Shown here piece after piece: positions 19,348-29,165 of a stretch of DNA of 64,000 nucleotides. The notes under the pieces were generated by a model that saw only the letters and a list, made by a program, of their open reading frames with translations, was not told the DNA's origin and did no database searches. The translations under genes and the position numbers were made by a program. How positions within the stretch are numbered: the first letter of the stretch is position 1; each line of letters opens with the position of its first letter. Source of the stretch: a phage; NCBI GenBank assembly GCA_032986305.1, contig GCA_032986305.1_3672.1; one strand, given 5' to 3'.

Positions 19348-19872
19348 ATGCTTCTTATTAACTGGGAAGACCTCTATGGGGACAAAGACCCTGTTGCGTT
19401 TGTTGATCGTAGATGGAGATATACTGAAGAACAACTGGCTGCAAAAAATTTAACTGCGAAACGCAGAAAGATCATCCAGTGCAAGTATAAATACGCACAG
19501 TTTGCTGCAAAAGTGTCTCCACAAATCGAGAGCTTTGTGCTTAAATTGTATGACGAGTACCTCAAATTCAGATTGGATTTTGTACAGGTATACCGTACAC
19601 AGTTGCGCCCAGATACTAGCATTTGTAGATGGAAGGTTGTTTGTGACGGTAAAGATTTGCCGCTCAGCTTGACAATTGAGCAGCGTTGTGGGTATCATGA
19701 GTGCGGTCTGTATGAGACTTGGGATGTCATTGTAGATCCTGCTAAGTACCTGAACACGGAGGAGCTGGAATATATCAATAAGGTTATTCTAGATATGTTT
19801 TTCAGCTACACCTGTGAAAACTCCAAGAAAGAACGGGATACTTTTCTTGACACCATAAGCAACCATCTGTAG
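19348..19872 (+). CDS. hypothetical protein
   Basis: SD GGAGGAG before ATG 19348. Confidence 0.45.
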   Translation: MLLINWEDLYGDKDPVAFVDRRWRYTEEQLAAKNLTAKRRKIIQCKYKYAQFAAKVSPQIESFVLKLYDEYLKFRLDFVQVYRTQLRPDTSICRWKVVCDGKDLPLSLTIEQRCGYHECGLYETWDVIVDPAKYLNTEELEYINKVILDMFFSYTCENSKKERDTFLDTISNHL

Positions 19873-19902
19873 TATACAATTTAACCTACAAAGGGAGGGC
19901 TA

Positions 19903-20139
19903 ATGAGTATAAATGTTGTGTTAATAGGTTACCTGGTAATATCCGTTATAACAGCGGTATTCTTGACAGGTATATGCATCGTGTCCAGACGAAGGGTGAA
20001 GTTTGATGATTTTATCACCATCATCACTGCTGCACCTTTTTGGCCTGTTGTTATCTTCATAGTGATAATGTGTCTGGTTGATTACTACAAGAATATCCGT
20101 AAGGAGAAAAAGGAGAGTAGAGATGGATACCGCACCTAA
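19903..20139 (+). CDS. small membrane protein
   Basis: Hydrophobic N-terminal half; SD AAGGGAGGG. Confidence 0.4.
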   Translation: MSINVVLIGYLVISVITAVFLTGICIVSRRRVKFDDFITIITAAPFWPVVIFIVIMCLVDYYKNIRKEKKESRDGYRT

Positions 20140-20275
20140 AACTATCTATGCTGTTCTTAAAGAGATTGCGTTCTACGCAGATCTTAGCAAGGCACCTTTA
20201 TGGGAAAAGAGCATGTATTTAAAATGGTGCGTTAATTTAGGGAGACCTTCTAGTGTTTCAAGCCATGTTTATTGA
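20123..20275 (+). CDS. hypothetical small protein
   Basis: SD GAGAGTAGAG before ATG 20123. Confidence 0.25.
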   Translation: MDTAPKTIYAVLKEIAFYADLSKAPLWEKSMYLKWCVNLGRPSSVSSHVY

Positions 20276-20358
20276 GATGCTATCCGGGGTATTGTTACTG
20301 GTAGCCATCTTAGGTGGTGCAGTTCTGATGTATAACTATCTTGAAAAAGGAGACAGCA

Positions 20359-20544
20359 ATGGTAAAAAATAAATCTTTAGAGCAGGCTGAAAACCTTCTC
20401 CACGAGCTGGTAAAGGAGTGGAAAGTTGAATACTCAGATTTTAATGCACGAGAGGGTGAAGATTATTGGCCTACGGAGCGCTCAGAGGGAGAGTGGTATC
20501 AAGATTTTATAGAATGGCTATATCAGACGTGTGATGAGGGGTGA
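20359..20544 (+). CDS. hypothetical small protein
   Basis: SD AAAGGAGA before ATG 20359. Confidence 0.35.
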   Translation: MVKNKSLEQAENLLHELVKEWKVEYSDFNAREGEDYWPTERSEGEWYQDFIEWLYQTCDEG

Positions 20545-20546
20545 CG

Positions 20547-21002
20547 ATGTTTGTTAAATATGTAAAAACGTGCCTCAACAATCTTGGTAGAGAGCATTGG
20601 TACACCTTGCTTGAAAAAGGAGAAATTTTAACAAAATCTGGAAAGATAACTTTGATACCCTTGGACGATAAAGATCCGTCACTACTTATCATAGATGATT
20701 ACGTTACAGGTGTGTCGTACGAGGTCTCTGTGGAGAGGTTAATACGTAGATCTGGAGGTCCTTATGACCGAAGAGAGTATGTTTTCGATTCTGTTACAGA
20801 GAAGGAAGATCCGTCTCTAATGTTTAGGATGGTAATCAGGGATATGAAATCATCTATAAATAGGATCGTAAAGGACATTAAGGAGCCTTTTAGGGTAAAA
20901 GTTAAGAAGTTTTTTGATTCTAAGATTAACATACTTGCCGTTGTGCTAGGCGTAATTCAACTTCTGTTAATTTTGCACTATCTTGAACTGTTGTTTAAGT
21001 AG
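20547..21002 (+). CDS. hypothetical protein with C-terminal transmembrane segment
   Basis: SD GAGGGG before ATG; hydrophobic C-terminus. Confidence 0.4.
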   Translation: MFVKYVKTCLNNLGREHWYTLLEKGEILTKSGKITLIPLDDKDPSLLIIDDYVTGVSYEVSVERLIRRSGGPYDRREYVFDSVTEKEDPSLMFRMVIRDMKSSINRIVKDIKEPFRVKVKKFFDSKINILAVVLGVIQLLLILHYLELLFK

Positions 21003-21062
21003 CGTGCAATAAGGCACAAAGGATGTGCCATAATTAAATAGGTTAAGAAAGAGGTAGAGAGA

Positions 21063-21428
21063 ATGACAAATATTAAATCGATATTAAAATGGGTAGCTGC
21101 TATGGGGCTGGTAACCGTCGTGGCTTTTATAGGGTACTGGGTTTGGGAAACTGAATTAAAAGATATCGGATATACCAGTCTTGAGAGCAAGGCGTGTATT
21201 GGCATAACCGATGCATTCAGGCAAAATGCCATGGATCACGAATGTGTCGATGCAGATATAGATGAGAAACTGTCTAAGGACAAAGATTTTTACCATGGTC
21301 ATGCCTTGCTTGATAGTGGTGACACTGTAGAATTCTGGTCGTGGTTCCGTGAAGATGGAACAATAAAGACAGCAGTAAAGATTTCCAACAAAGAGTTAAT
21401 GCTGTTGCAGCAGAAGGAGGTGCAATGA
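21063..21428 (+). CDS. membrane-anchored protein
   Basis: N-terminal TM helix; SD AAGAGGTAGAGAG. Confidence 0.4.
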   Translation: MTNIKSILKWVAAMGLVTVVAFIGYWVWETELKDIGYTSLESKACIGITDAFRQNAMDHECVDADIDEKLSKDKDFYHGHALLDSGDTVEFWSWFREDGTIKTAVKISNKELMLLQQKEVQ

Positions 21429-21712
21429 TTTGGATATCCTACACTGATGGCACCATGCTGTATACTGCAGGTACTAGGTATGAAGTCCAGGAGGACGATA
21501 AAAAATTTATCGTAAAAACATTTGACAAGGACGACAACCTTTTGTTAGAATTGACTTACAAGGTTGGGGAGGTATCTAGCATCCAATTGGATTGCGGTCA
21601 TAAAGATAACCCGCTCAAGAAACCTGGGGTAGGTAAAGCTTCAGAAGAACGCCTGTCTCGTATTGCAGAAAGCGTTTCTGCACAAAAATCTAAGAAGGGG
21701 ACTAGAAAATGA
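21425..21712 (+). CDS. hypothetical protein
   Basis: SD GAAGGAGGTG; overlapping stop/start. Confidence 0.4.
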   Translation: MIWISYTDGTMLYTAGTRYEVQEDDKKFIVKTFDKDDNLLLELTYKVGEVSSIQLDCGHKDNPLKKPGVGKASEERLSRIAESVSAQKSKKGTRK

Positions 21713-21903
21713 AAAACTTACGTTTTAACACTTATTACTACAACACTTTGAATGATTTGTATTATATTATTCGAAGTAAAAGTCCTGAAACAGTCCTATT
21801 CTGCCGCGAACCTTTCAAAGGAGAGGAAGTAGAGTCTGAGATGAATGTTAGCCATATTACCTCTTTGTTGCTCTCAGGTGCAATGGAAGAAGCAATATTC
21901 TAA
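21709..21903 (+). CDS. hypothetical protein
   Basis: Overlapping stop/start coupling. Confidence 0.35.
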   Translation: MKNLRFNTYYYNTLNDLYYIIRSKSPETVLFCREPFKGEEVESEMNVSHITSLLLSGAMEEAIF

Positions 21904-21920
21904 ACCGGGCGGGAGGGTTT

Positions 21921-22106
21921 ATGAAGCACTATTGCCTGTTTGGTAGGATGGGTGTAGAGTGTGATTGGGTTTTCTTAAAACTTGTCAGCATCCGAGAGTC
22001 AATCCCAGAGGAAGAGCAAGAAAGTGAGCTGATGTCATGGATCAACTATTACGGCAACACTTTCCGGTATGTCAAAATGGAAGGGCTGCCAAGCGAGGAT
22101 GATTGA
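21921..22106 (+). CDS. hypothetical protein
   Basis: SD GGGAGGG before ATG. Confidence 0.35.
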   Translation: MKHYCLFGRMGVECDWVFLKLVSIRESIPEEEQESELMSWINYYGNTFRYVKMEGLPSEDD

Positions 22107-22108
22107 TT

Positions 22109-22198
22109 ATGATTGCATCAATATTAACGTTTATGGGTGGCGTGGCAGTCGGATTCATTATTTGCCTGTTTATAGTGATTATGTCTATGCGAGGCTGA
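22109..22198 (+). CDS. small hydrophobic peptide (29 aa)
   Basis: Single TM-like segment; below ORF-track threshold. Confidence 0.25.
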   Translation: MIASILTFMGGVAVGFIICLFIVIMSMRG

Positions 22199-22201
22199 CT
22201 T

Positions 22202-22486
22202 ATGAAACTGTTCGAGTGGTTTAAAAAGTTTAAATATCGGGCCGTTGCTGTATCGAAATGGACCGTCCGCTGGGTGGACAATGATGGAACACAAATTCCC
22301 GGTGATCAGGATACCGGATACTGGGTTATGATGGAGAACGGATTTGGGAAAAGGAAGTTTAAATGTGTTGGTGCTCCTACTCTTTTAAATGTTAGAAGTG
22401 TGCCAGGGTACAGCACTATGGTTGTTTGGGAGCTATCCGGTGTTCCTCCTGCCAATGTGCAATATCTGCCAAACCCAGAAAAATAA
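22202..22486 (+). CDS. hypothetical protein
   Basis: 94-aa ORF in operon. Confidence 0.4.
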   Translation: MKLFEWFKKFKYRAVAVSKWTVRWVDNDGTQIPGDQDTGYWVMMENGFGKRKFKCVGAPTLLNVRSVPGYSTMVVWELSGVPPANVQYLPNPEK

Positions 22487-22498
22487 AAGGAGAAGATA

Positions 22499-22783
22499 AT
22501 GAGCAATGGTGTTAGCAATAGTGCTGCAGAGTTTAAAGTGATCTGTGAAGGAACTTATTGGATAGTGAAACAGAAAGTGTACCTATTCGGTTTCATACCG
22601 TTTTGGCAGAGATTTTGCTGGGGAGCTAACGAGCTTAAAAGATACGCCACCAAGTCTATGGCACTTATTGGTATAGCTGAATACATTGCTGCCAGAGACA
22701 GAGAGGGGAAAACTTGTTACTACACTGCTGACGAGATTCGTAACAGTGTTTACGTTCCACAGCCGCCCGATGGAGACCGCTGA
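22499..22783 (+). CDS. hypothetical protein
   Basis: SD AAAGGAGAAG. Confidence 0.4.
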   Translation: MSNGVSNSAAEFKVICEGTYWIVKQKVYLFGFIPFWQRFCWGANELKRYATKSMALIGIAEYIAARDREGKTCYYTADEIRNSVYVPQPPDGDR

Positions 22784-23007
22784 TGAAAGTGAAAGTTTTA
22801 GATTCAAACTTCTATATTGGTCAAGAGCCTTTAGTTGGAAAAGTGTTTACCGCTATCCCTAACGAAGATTATCCTGACCTTTTAAAAATAAAAGGGGCAG
22901 ATCTTATTGCCGCTGGCGCGTCTCAGGAATGCTTTGACAGTCAGTGGGCCTACAACTTTGCCCTAGGGGAGGATGTGGAGATAGTGGAGGACGATTATGA
23001 AGGTTAA
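22783..23007 (+). CDS. small protein, MKVK.../DLIAAGA paralog family
   Basis: Paralogous to 19109 and 22997 ORFs. Confidence 0.45.
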   Translation: MKVKVLDSNFYIGQEPLVGKVFTAIPNEDYPDLLKIKGADLIAAGASQECFDSQWAYNFALGEDVEIVEDDYEG

Positions 23008-23251
23008 AATTCTTGACTCTAACGTCTACTTGGGACAATCATTCCTGAAGGGAAAGGTAGTACCTGCTGTATACTTCGAAGGGTTGCCGTGGGATGATCC
23101 TGTGCGGCAAAATCACAGCTATGTAGGCCACAATGTGGTGTTCATTTTGGGATCAGACCTGATCGCGGCTGGTGCTCCGGAATATTATTTCGGAGAGGAC
23201 TCGTATTATGCCTTTGGGGTAGGGTCAGATGCAGATATTTTAGAGCCGTGA
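22997..23251 (+). CDS. small protein, MKVK.../DLIAAGA paralog family
   Basis: Paralogous to 19109 and 22783 ORFs; SD GAGGA. Confidence 0.45.
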   Translation: MKVKILDSNVYLGQSFLKGKVVPAVYFEGLPWDDPVRQNHSYVGHNVVFILGSDLIAAGAPEYYFGEDSYYAFGVGSDADILEP

Positions 23252-23662
23252 TTGGGGACTGTTGTGAAAAATAAACTGTTCAAAGTTACAATGAAAATTC
23301 GCGGAGCTTGGAGCGTAAAGCAAGGGCGTATCCCAGAGTTTGAGAAAGACTTCTACGTAGTCTCCACCTCTAAAGAGGCTGCATGCTGGCAGGCTGGATA
23401 TGCCTATGCAAGAACCTGGTACGAAGGATACCAGACTGGAGGCTATGACGGAGAAATTGTCAGCAAGGGTGTGGAAGAAATTAATGTGTTGACAAGTGAA
23501 AAAGTTTTTGTTATAGTGCATCCTGATTCCAGAGTGAAGCATTACTGGAATGCCAGAACAAAAACTTGGACACCGTTTGCAGATTCTGCTACACCACTTT
23601 TAAACCAAAAAGCTCTTGACTCTGCCCCGAGCTATGGGGTTGTTGAAGAAAAGCTAGACTGA
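23252..23662 (+). CDS. hypothetical protein (paralog of 25472..25867; start uncertain)
   Basis: Shares HP.S...YW...TK.WTP region with ORF 25472. Confidence 0.45.
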   Translation: MGTVVKNKLFKVTMKIRGAWSVKQGRIPEFEKDFYVVSTSKEAACWQAGYAYARTWYEGYQTGGYDGEIVSKGVEEINVLTSEKVFVIVHPDSRVKHYWNARTKTWTPFADSATPLLNQKALDSAPSYGVVEEKLD

Positions 23663-23679
23663 AACAGTGAGGTGCCACT

Positions 23680-23970
23680 ATGATGGATTTAGTTCTGAAT
23701 ATTGATAACGCAGGAGAGGTTAAAGACGATGGTGTAACAAGCATGGACCAACCATGCCCTGCCAAGATTGACTCAAAATGGACATATAAGTTTGACGGAG
23801 AGATCTTTGCAAATGATGAAAAGGTTGTAGATGCTGCAGCCATTTTGAACGCTCTAGGGTACGACCCTGTGAATTCTTTGATCAAGGATCCTGTTGAGTT
23901 TGCAGAGTATGTTCGAAAAATGGCAGATCTTGCTGTAGATATTTTAGATACTATCGACAACAATCTGTAA
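23680..23970 (+). CDS. hypothetical acidic protein
   Basis: SD GTGAGGTG. Confidence 0.4.
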   Translation: MMDLVLNIDNAGEVKDDGVTSMDQPCPAKIDSKWTYKFDGEIFANDEKVVDAAAILNALGYDPVNSLIKDPVEFAEYVRKMADLAVDILDTIDNNL

Positions 23971-23976
23971 AAACTG

Positions 23977-24005
23977 TTGACACAACGCTTCAGCTATAGT
24001 ATTAT
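23977..24005 (+). promoter_or_regulatory. sigma70-type promoter TTGACA-17-TATTAT followed by 5' UTR hairpin (24015-24033)
   Basis: Consensus -35; stem AGAGGG/CCCTCT before SD AAAGGAG. Confidence 0.5.
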
Positions 24006-24052
24006 TGTTTTCAAAGAGGGTTTGGTTCCCTCTTCTTTAAAAGGAGCACGTT

Positions 24053-24370
24053 ATGCAAATTGAAATCACTGGCAACGTAGAAATCACTGAAGGCATGGTG
24101 TCTTTCATTTCCCACAAAATGTCAAAACTGGAGCGTCTACATCCTTCTGTAAATCATGCACGTGTAAGTGTAAAAGTTGAAAATGACCACCAGGAAGTTA
24201 TGGCGTTCATTTTTGACAATTCTGGAAAAGAAGTTATTGCCAAAGCTAAAGGTAGTGATGCTTACGAGGCAACTGACCGTATGGTAGATGTTGCAGCACG
24301 TCAGCTGGCTAAGTGCGGTGGAAAGAAAGGTAAGGGGAAAGGCAAAGTAAAGATTGACTTTGGAGAATGA
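24053..24370 (+). CDS. hypothetical protein
   Basis: SD AAAGGAG; lysine/glycine-rich C-terminus. Confidence 0.45.
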   Translation: MQIEITGNVEITEGMVSFISHKMSKLERLHPSVNHARVSVKVENDHQEVMAFIFDNSGKEVIAKAKGSDAYEATDRMVDVAARQLAKCGGKKGKGKGKVKIDFGE

Positions 24371-24379
24371 GGTGCTATA

Positions 24380-24481
24380 ATGGGAGTGATTAAGAAATTA
24401 GTCCCAAATGTAGAGATTGCATGCTTTGAAATTATGTTTGCAATCGCAGTTGTAGTTAATGTGTTAGGTTACGGCTATTAA
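24380..24481 (+). CDS. small hydrophobic peptide (33 aa)
   Basis: SD GAGGTG; below track threshold. Confidence 0.25.
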   Translation: MGVIKKLVPNVEIACFEIMFAIAVVVNVLGYGY

Positions 24482-24507
24482 TATCAAATAATTGAGGAGA
24501 CCTCTAA

Positions 24508-24777
24508 ATGAAAATTAAATTATTCAAAACTGAGCTGGCAGACAAAAACTGTGGACTGGTTGAAGGCATGATTGTTGAAGCACAACCAGTGGACTATATG
24601 AAGGTGGTTCGTGATGCACTGGGTGAAGGCTTTGATCTGATGGAGCCAGCTCTGCGAGAAGATGTTATCGAGATGGCTAAAAAGCACACACCTGAAGGCT
24701 TGGTGGTGTTTGTTGCACCAGGTAACGGAGAAGAGTTGATTGTAACTCCTGATGTGTATGAGATTGTAGAAGGGTAA
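24508..24777 (+). CDS. small acidic protein
   Basis: SD GAGGAGA. Confidence 0.4.
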   Translation: MKIKLFKTELADKNCGLVEGMIVEAQPVDYMKVVRDALGEGFDLMEPALREDVIEMAKKHTPEGLVVFVAPGNGEELIVTPDVYEIVEG

Positions 24778-24871
24778 TCCTGCTTGGATTAGCATACTCC
24801 CTCAATAAAAAGAAAAGTTTGTAATTATTTGTGGGAAAGGAATCCCCATCTCTTGCCAGAGGTGATACTAT

Positions 24872-25135
24872 ATGATTGTTTATTTTAAAACTTCAGGTGG
24901 ATACCCTGATTCTCAAAGCTTGATCGGAAAAACGTGCACAGCATACTCACCTCTTGATGAGGAGGTAAGCGATATCCTACGAGATATGTATCGGATTGAT
25001 CCCCAAGAAGCTTTTGATCAAAACCTTGTATTTGTCAAGGGCTCAGACATGAAGTCTTTGGGAGCATTTCCTGAAGCAGATGATGATGCCGTTTATTCGT
25101 TCATGACCCCTTTTGAAGCTATGGTTGTTGGGTGA
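24872..25135 (+). CDS. small acidic protein (second copy of duplicated three-gene module)
   Basis: SD GAGGTG; resembles 22783/22997 family (VKGSD...GA). Confidence 0.4.
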   Translation: MIVYFKTSGGYPDSQSLIGKTCTAYSPLDEEVSDILRDMYRIDPQEAFDQNLVFVKGSDMKSLGAFPEADDDAVYSFMTPFEAMVVG

Positions 25136-25139
25136 GAAT

Positions 25140-25472
25140 ATGAAAGTACGATTTATTGGTGAAACAATTCCTGTGCATCTCCGGTCTCCTGAAGATTCTG
25201 CAGATCTTGCATCTCAGAAGGCGAGAGGTTATGATAAGAAAGTAATCTCAACCGATGTAGAACTTGAGGCTACTAGTTTACCTGACCCTGCTGCATTCTT
25301 TAATCATTATGGATACTATTTCAGCAATCTTATGAATATCGGTGAGCTTGTGTTTATTAGTGGTGGAGAAATTGTTAGCAAGCTTGGCGGCGATCCGGAT
25401 ATCTTTCATGAAACCTGTCCTTTTGCATTTGTGGTGGGTTCAGATGTGGAAGTTATTGAGGAGGTGCGGTAA
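25140..25472 (+). CDS. small acidic protein
   Basis: SD GGGTGAG before ATG 25140. Confidence 0.4.
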   Translation: MKVRFIGETIPVHLRSPEDSADLASQKARGYDKKVISTDVELEATSLPDPAAFFNHYGYYFSNLMNIGELVFISGGEIVSKLGGDPDIFHETCPFAFVVGSDVEVIEEVR

Positions 25473-25867
25473 TGGTAAGCCTATACCGTGTTGAGTATAG
25501 CTCAGATACTGTATACAACGTAAGAAGCAAAGATCGCAGCGACAGAGTGCAAGAAATGTATGTTCTTGCCGACAGTCCGTTATCTGCAGCGTTCAAGGCA
25601 GGGGCTCTTGCATCTCGTTGGAAATTTGAAGGCGGATCTTTCTATGAAGAAACCCTTGAAGATTCTGTTGTTATTTCTTCTGTAGAGGTTTCAGATGACT
25701 ACGAAGGGAAAAAGTTCGTAATGCGGCACCCACACAGCAACATTGCGTACTACTGGGATGTTCTGAACAACGAGTGGACCCCAGATCTTCAGAAGGCTAC
25801 TGTGCTAACACCGTTTTTGGCAGATAAGTTTCCACCAGAAGGTAATTTATCCGCACTGTTTCAGTAA
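25472..25867 (+). CDS. hypothetical protein (paralog of 23252..23662)
   Basis: Shared HP.S...YW...EWTP motif; SD GAGGAGGTG. Confidence 0.45.
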   Translation: MVSLYRVEYSSDTVYNVRSKDRSDRVQEMYVLADSPLSAAFKAGALASRWKFEGGSFYEETLEDSVVISSVEVSDDYEGKKFVMRHPHSNIAYYWDVLNNEWTPDLQKATVLTPFLADKFPPEGNLSALFQ

Positions 25868-25946
25868 TTTTCTTGCACACAGGTGTTGACAACGCCAACC
25901 CTGTGTGAAATAATACCTTCATCTTAACAAGACAGGAGACCGATTG

Positions 25947-26204
25947 ATGAAGATTAAATTGAAAAACCTTGAAACGGCAGAGATTCAGGACGGTGTGGAT
26001 TTCCGTTCTAAAGATGGTGACATCTTAGAGGTAAATATTCCAACCTACGAGCTGATCAAAGGTTTTGGCAACGTCCCCGAGGAAGGTATCGCAGACGTTC
26101 TTCTAATGTTAATCGTTAGTGGGACAGTGTTCTTGGGGGAAGGTGAGAACGCTATTGCAATCCCAAGCCATTTTTATGAAGTAGTTGACGAAGAGGTGCT
26201 GTAA
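25947..26204 (+). CDS. small acidic protein
   Basis: Promoter-like TTGACA at 25891 upstream; SD GGAGA. Confidence 0.4.
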   Translation: MKIKLKNLETAEIQDGVDFRSKDGDILEVNIPTYELIKGFGNVPEEGIADVLLMLIVSGTVFLGEGENAIAIPSHFYEVVDEEVL

Positions 26205-26555
26205 ATGAAAGTAGAAATTACTGGTTTTGATGTGAATGTGGTTCCGGAAGATATTTTAGCTAAACTCCCGGAAGGTTTTGGTAACGGTGTTGTGGTGGAT
26301 GCTGTTCCTCCTACCAAAGACATTCTGCTGCAGTATGGTGTAGCAGAGGAAGATGTTGATAAAGTTCTTACAATGATGGCAATCGATCGTGTTGTCGTTG
26401 TTAAGGGTCTCGATAATTTTGAGAGTGATCCCCTGATTATTCGTGGAGATGACTACAAAGTCATCGATAATGAAGGCCAAGAGTTCTATGAGCCTTGTGC
26501 AGAAGATATTCTTAACTTATTACTGGAAGCAGGCACCGAAGAGGAGGACGAATAA
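26205..26555 (+). CDS. small acidic protein
   Basis: Tight packing, SD GAGG. Confidence 0.4.
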   Translation: MKVEITGFDVNVVPEDILAKLPEGFGNGVVVDAVPPTKDILLQYGVAEEDVDKVLTMMAIDRVVVVKGLDNFESDPLIIRGDDYKVIDNEGQEFYEPCAEDILNLLLEAGTEEEDE

Positions 26556-26884
26556 TGAAGATTGACCAGTTACTGAAGGCTCGTGCAGAAAAAGCTTACA
26601 CCATTAAGCTTACCAACCTGGTCCCTACTTGTCATCCGGATGTAGGTTGGCCCGAAGGTTTGGTGGAGGGAACTGTAACAGCTGCATACCTTCCTAACAT
26701 CAAATACCTCATGGAGATCTTAGAGATGGATGAGGAAACTGCAGAACAGTTCCAGTTGGATATGAAACAGAGTGGGACTCTGGTTATTCACGGGTGGTAT
26801 AATACTAAAGATGCAGAAGACCCTCTGGTAACTTCTAATCTGGCATATGAAATCTTAGGGCCTTTGAACCTGGAGGAAGACTAA
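26555..26884 (+). CDS. small acidic protein
   Basis: SD GAGGAGG. Confidence 0.4.
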   Translation: MKIDQLLKARAEKAYTIKLTNLVPTCHPDVGWPEGLVEGTVTAAYLPNIKYLMEILEMDEETAEQFQLDMKQSGTLVIHGWYNTKDAEDPLVTSNLAYEILGPLNLEED

Positions 26885-27171
26885 TGAAAGATCTGGTTAA
26901 GATTAAGATTAAAGATACCAATGGGGAGCTCAGCCATTTTGGAATTAATGATGGTGACGAGCTGATCGCACACCTGCCTACCAAGGAGGTTGTAAGCAAA
27001 GCAGTTGCCGGAGAAGAAGCTGCAATGCAGGCTGCAGGTGTGGATGAAAACTATGTAGCTATGTGCATGTGCCGAGATCAGGTTGTTCTGTATAAAGCGT
27101 ATCGACCAAGCGGAGCCACGGAGTGGCTTGTATTCCGACCCGAAGGGTATGAAATCTTAGAGGCACTATGA
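26884..27171 (+). CDS. hypothetical protein
   Basis: SD GGAGGAAG. Confidence 0.4.
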   Translation: MKDLVKIKIKDTNGELSHFGINDGDELIAHLPTKEVVSKAVAGEEAAMQAAGVDENYVAMCMCRDQVVLYKAYRPSGATEWLVFRPEGYEILEAL

Positions 27172-27260
27172 TAAATCTTGCCAAGGTTGCAACGGCACTG
27201 CTAATTATTTGCTGGTCAGTAACCTTAACACTGTGTCTTGTATTTCAGTGAGGTGCTTGT

Positions 27261-27524
27261 ATGAACATCCTGATGTGGGTTATAGCAGTGGCGTTTGTTG
27301 CATGTTTTTGCTGCTGGGTTGCGGTGAGGATTTCTGTAGCTACCCTTCGGAAGTTAGGGTTCTCAGAATGGGATATTAATATCCTTTCTTTTCGCAATGA
27401 GACAATATCAGCCGCCCTGCTTTGTAAGAAATTCAAGTGGGAACCTTGTGAGGTCATGAACTATCTAAGAACTGGAGATATCCCTGAAAGATTTAAAAAA
27501 GTTCTTGACGGTAAGGATAAATGA
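27261..27524 (+). CDS. membrane-anchored small protein
   Basis: N-terminal TM helix; SD GAGGTG. Confidence 0.4.
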   Translation: MNILMWVIAVAFVACFCCWVAVRISVATLRKLGFSEWDINILSFRNETISAALLCKKFKWEPCEVMNYLRTGDIPERFKKVLDGKDK

Positions 27525-27552
27525 TAGTATAGTGACTAACAAGAGGTGAGGA

Positions 27553-27693
27553 ATGACAGATTTTACTGAAGCTTTAATGATGGCCTTGTCTGTTTTAGCG
27601 CTATCGGTGTGTTTTGGGGCGTTATTCACATCTCTGGTTAAAGTTTTACATACAGTATTATTACCCAAGGAGCGCAGTAATGACGAAGATTGA
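27553..27693 (+). CDS. small hydrophobic peptide (46 aa)
   Basis: SD AGAGGTGAGG; below track threshold. Confidence 0.3.
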   Translation: MTDFTEALMMALSVLALSVCFGALFTSLVKVLHTVLLPKERSNDED

Positions 27694-27931
27694 CTTGAAT
27701 GCTGGCGACCATGTTGTTGTCAAATGCATCGGAGATTATCTTGGATTCACAATCGGCAATACTTACGAGGCGGTAGTGGCGAAGGTTTATCATGATAAAG
27801 TCCTCAGTCTTGTATTTGACTGCGATGATGATGGGGATGACCGATACGTTTGTGAGGTGCTGGCACGAGACGATAGTGAAGACCAGAAATTCCTGGTTAT
27901 TGAACTGAACGGTATTTTTGTAGAACGTTAA
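27680..27931 (+). CDS. hypothetical protein
   Basis: ATG 27680 within operon; acidic. Confidence 0.4.
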   Translation: MTKIDLNAGDHVVVKCIGDYLGFTIGNTYEAVVAKVYHDKVLSLVFDCDDDGDDRYVCEVLARDDSEDQKFLVIELNGIFVER

Positions 27932-27959
27932 TTTAAAACAACATAAGGAGACTCTTACT

Positions 27960-28265
27960 ATGGCTAAATCTAAAGTTGAACTGTTCACCTCTCTTCCTTC
28001 TGACACTGCAGAGCGTGATCGCCTTCGCAAGACAATCGAAGAACTGGTTGAACTCCAACTTCAGATTAAAGATCTGAAAGATGCCATTAAGGATATCATT
28101 CTCGTTGAGAAGCAGGATCATCTGTATTCTCCTAAATTCATCAAATCTCTGGTGGCTACCGAGTTCGATATTCGCTATGAGGCTGAAAAACGTCGAGCTA
28201 AAATCGAAGAAGAGGTTGAGCACATGTCTGAGGCAGACATTCTGTTCAAACGCTCTGTAGAATAA
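27960..28265 (+). CDS. hypothetical protein
   Basis: SD AAGGAGA. Confidence 0.45.
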   Translation: MAKSKVELFTSLPSDTAERDRLRKTIEELVELQLQIKDLKDAIKDIILVEKQDHLYSPKFIKSLVATEFDIRYEAEKRRAKIEEEVEHMSEADILFKRSVE

Positions 28266-28271
28266 TGACAA

Positions 28272-28298
28272 AGAGGGGCTTTGACCCCTCTTTTTACT
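28272..28298 (+). terminator. rho-independent terminator
   Basis: AGAGGGG-ctttga-CCCCTCT followed by TTTTTACT. Confidence 0.6.
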
Positions 28299-28318
28299 AT
28301 CTATGAAGGAGATTTGAG

Positions 28319-28645
28319 ATGGGTATACCGGTCACTGTAAAAGAATTGAATGAACGTGATGCAGGTGGTCTATGGCCTGCACGAAAAATACGCTGCGTCT
28401 ACATGAAAGAGAACCTTGAACATCTTGATCAACAGATCAAGGTCGGTGATATTTTCGAGGTCTTCTATTCCAATCGTCGCAACTGGGAAACCATTCAGCC
28501 TTCTGGTTTTGTTCTTGCCAAACTTGACACTGGAGAAGTGATTATTCCAGGGTTGGATATTGTCTTCGAAATTATCCAGGAGTGGGATCCGGATAAGATT
28601 AGATACGAAGAGTTATTCGGTAAAGGTATTATCAAACCTGTGTGA
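28319..28645 (+). CDS. hypothetical protein
   Basis: SD GAAGGAGA. Confidence 0.45.
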   Translation: MGIPVTVKELNERDAGGLWPARKIRCVYMKENLEHLDQQIKVGDIFEVFYSNRRNWETIQPSGFVLAKLDTGEVIIPGLDIVFEIIQEWDPDKIRYEELFGKGIIKPV

Positions 28646-28653
28646 GGTGGATT

Positions 28654-28953
28654 ATGTCTACAAAGGCGGCTAAATACTCTTACATGCCATCAACCTCTGC
28701 AGAGGTAGACTTTAGTTTTGATGTGTTTCCACTGTTCGAGGTGGTTCTGGCATACCCAACAATACTATCTACCCCTGAATCACTTGTGCCTGTTAAGTTG
28801 CAGAACGCTATGCATTCTATGCATTACAACAATAAATGTAGGCACAGATGGTGTCAGGACGAGGAAAAGGATCTGGACAGTTTGAGAGATTTTGACAATC
28901 ACCTTTTGACACCTTTCAGCTACTCCAACCTTGATAAGCCCTCATGGATATAG
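28654..28953 (+). CDS. hypothetical protein
   Basis: SD GAGGTGG before ATG 28654. Confidence 0.4.
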   Translation: MSTKAAKYSYMPSTSAEVDFSFDVFPLFEVVLAYPTILSTPESLVPVKLQNAMHSMHYNNKCRHRWCQDEEKDLDSLRDFDNHLLTPFSYSNLDKPSWI

Positions 28954-28978
28954 CAAAATATCAAATTTAAGACACCTA

Positions 28979-29009
28979 GGACGCTCTGTGGCGTCCTTTT
29001 CTTTATTTA
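28979..29009 (+). terminator. rho-independent terminator
   Basis: AGGACGC-tctgtg-GCGTCCT followed by TTTTCTTTATTT. Confidence 0.6.
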
Positions 29010-29165
29010 GTGCACGATTGCATACCTTGGACAGATAATCTCATTACAGAGCGTTTAAGAGCTTCCTGCAAACAACTCCATATTTCGAGCGTAGCGAGAA
29101 CGCACGTCCGTTTTGACCAAAATCACCATACGCTCGGATTTTAACCAAACCCTCGCGGCGTTTAT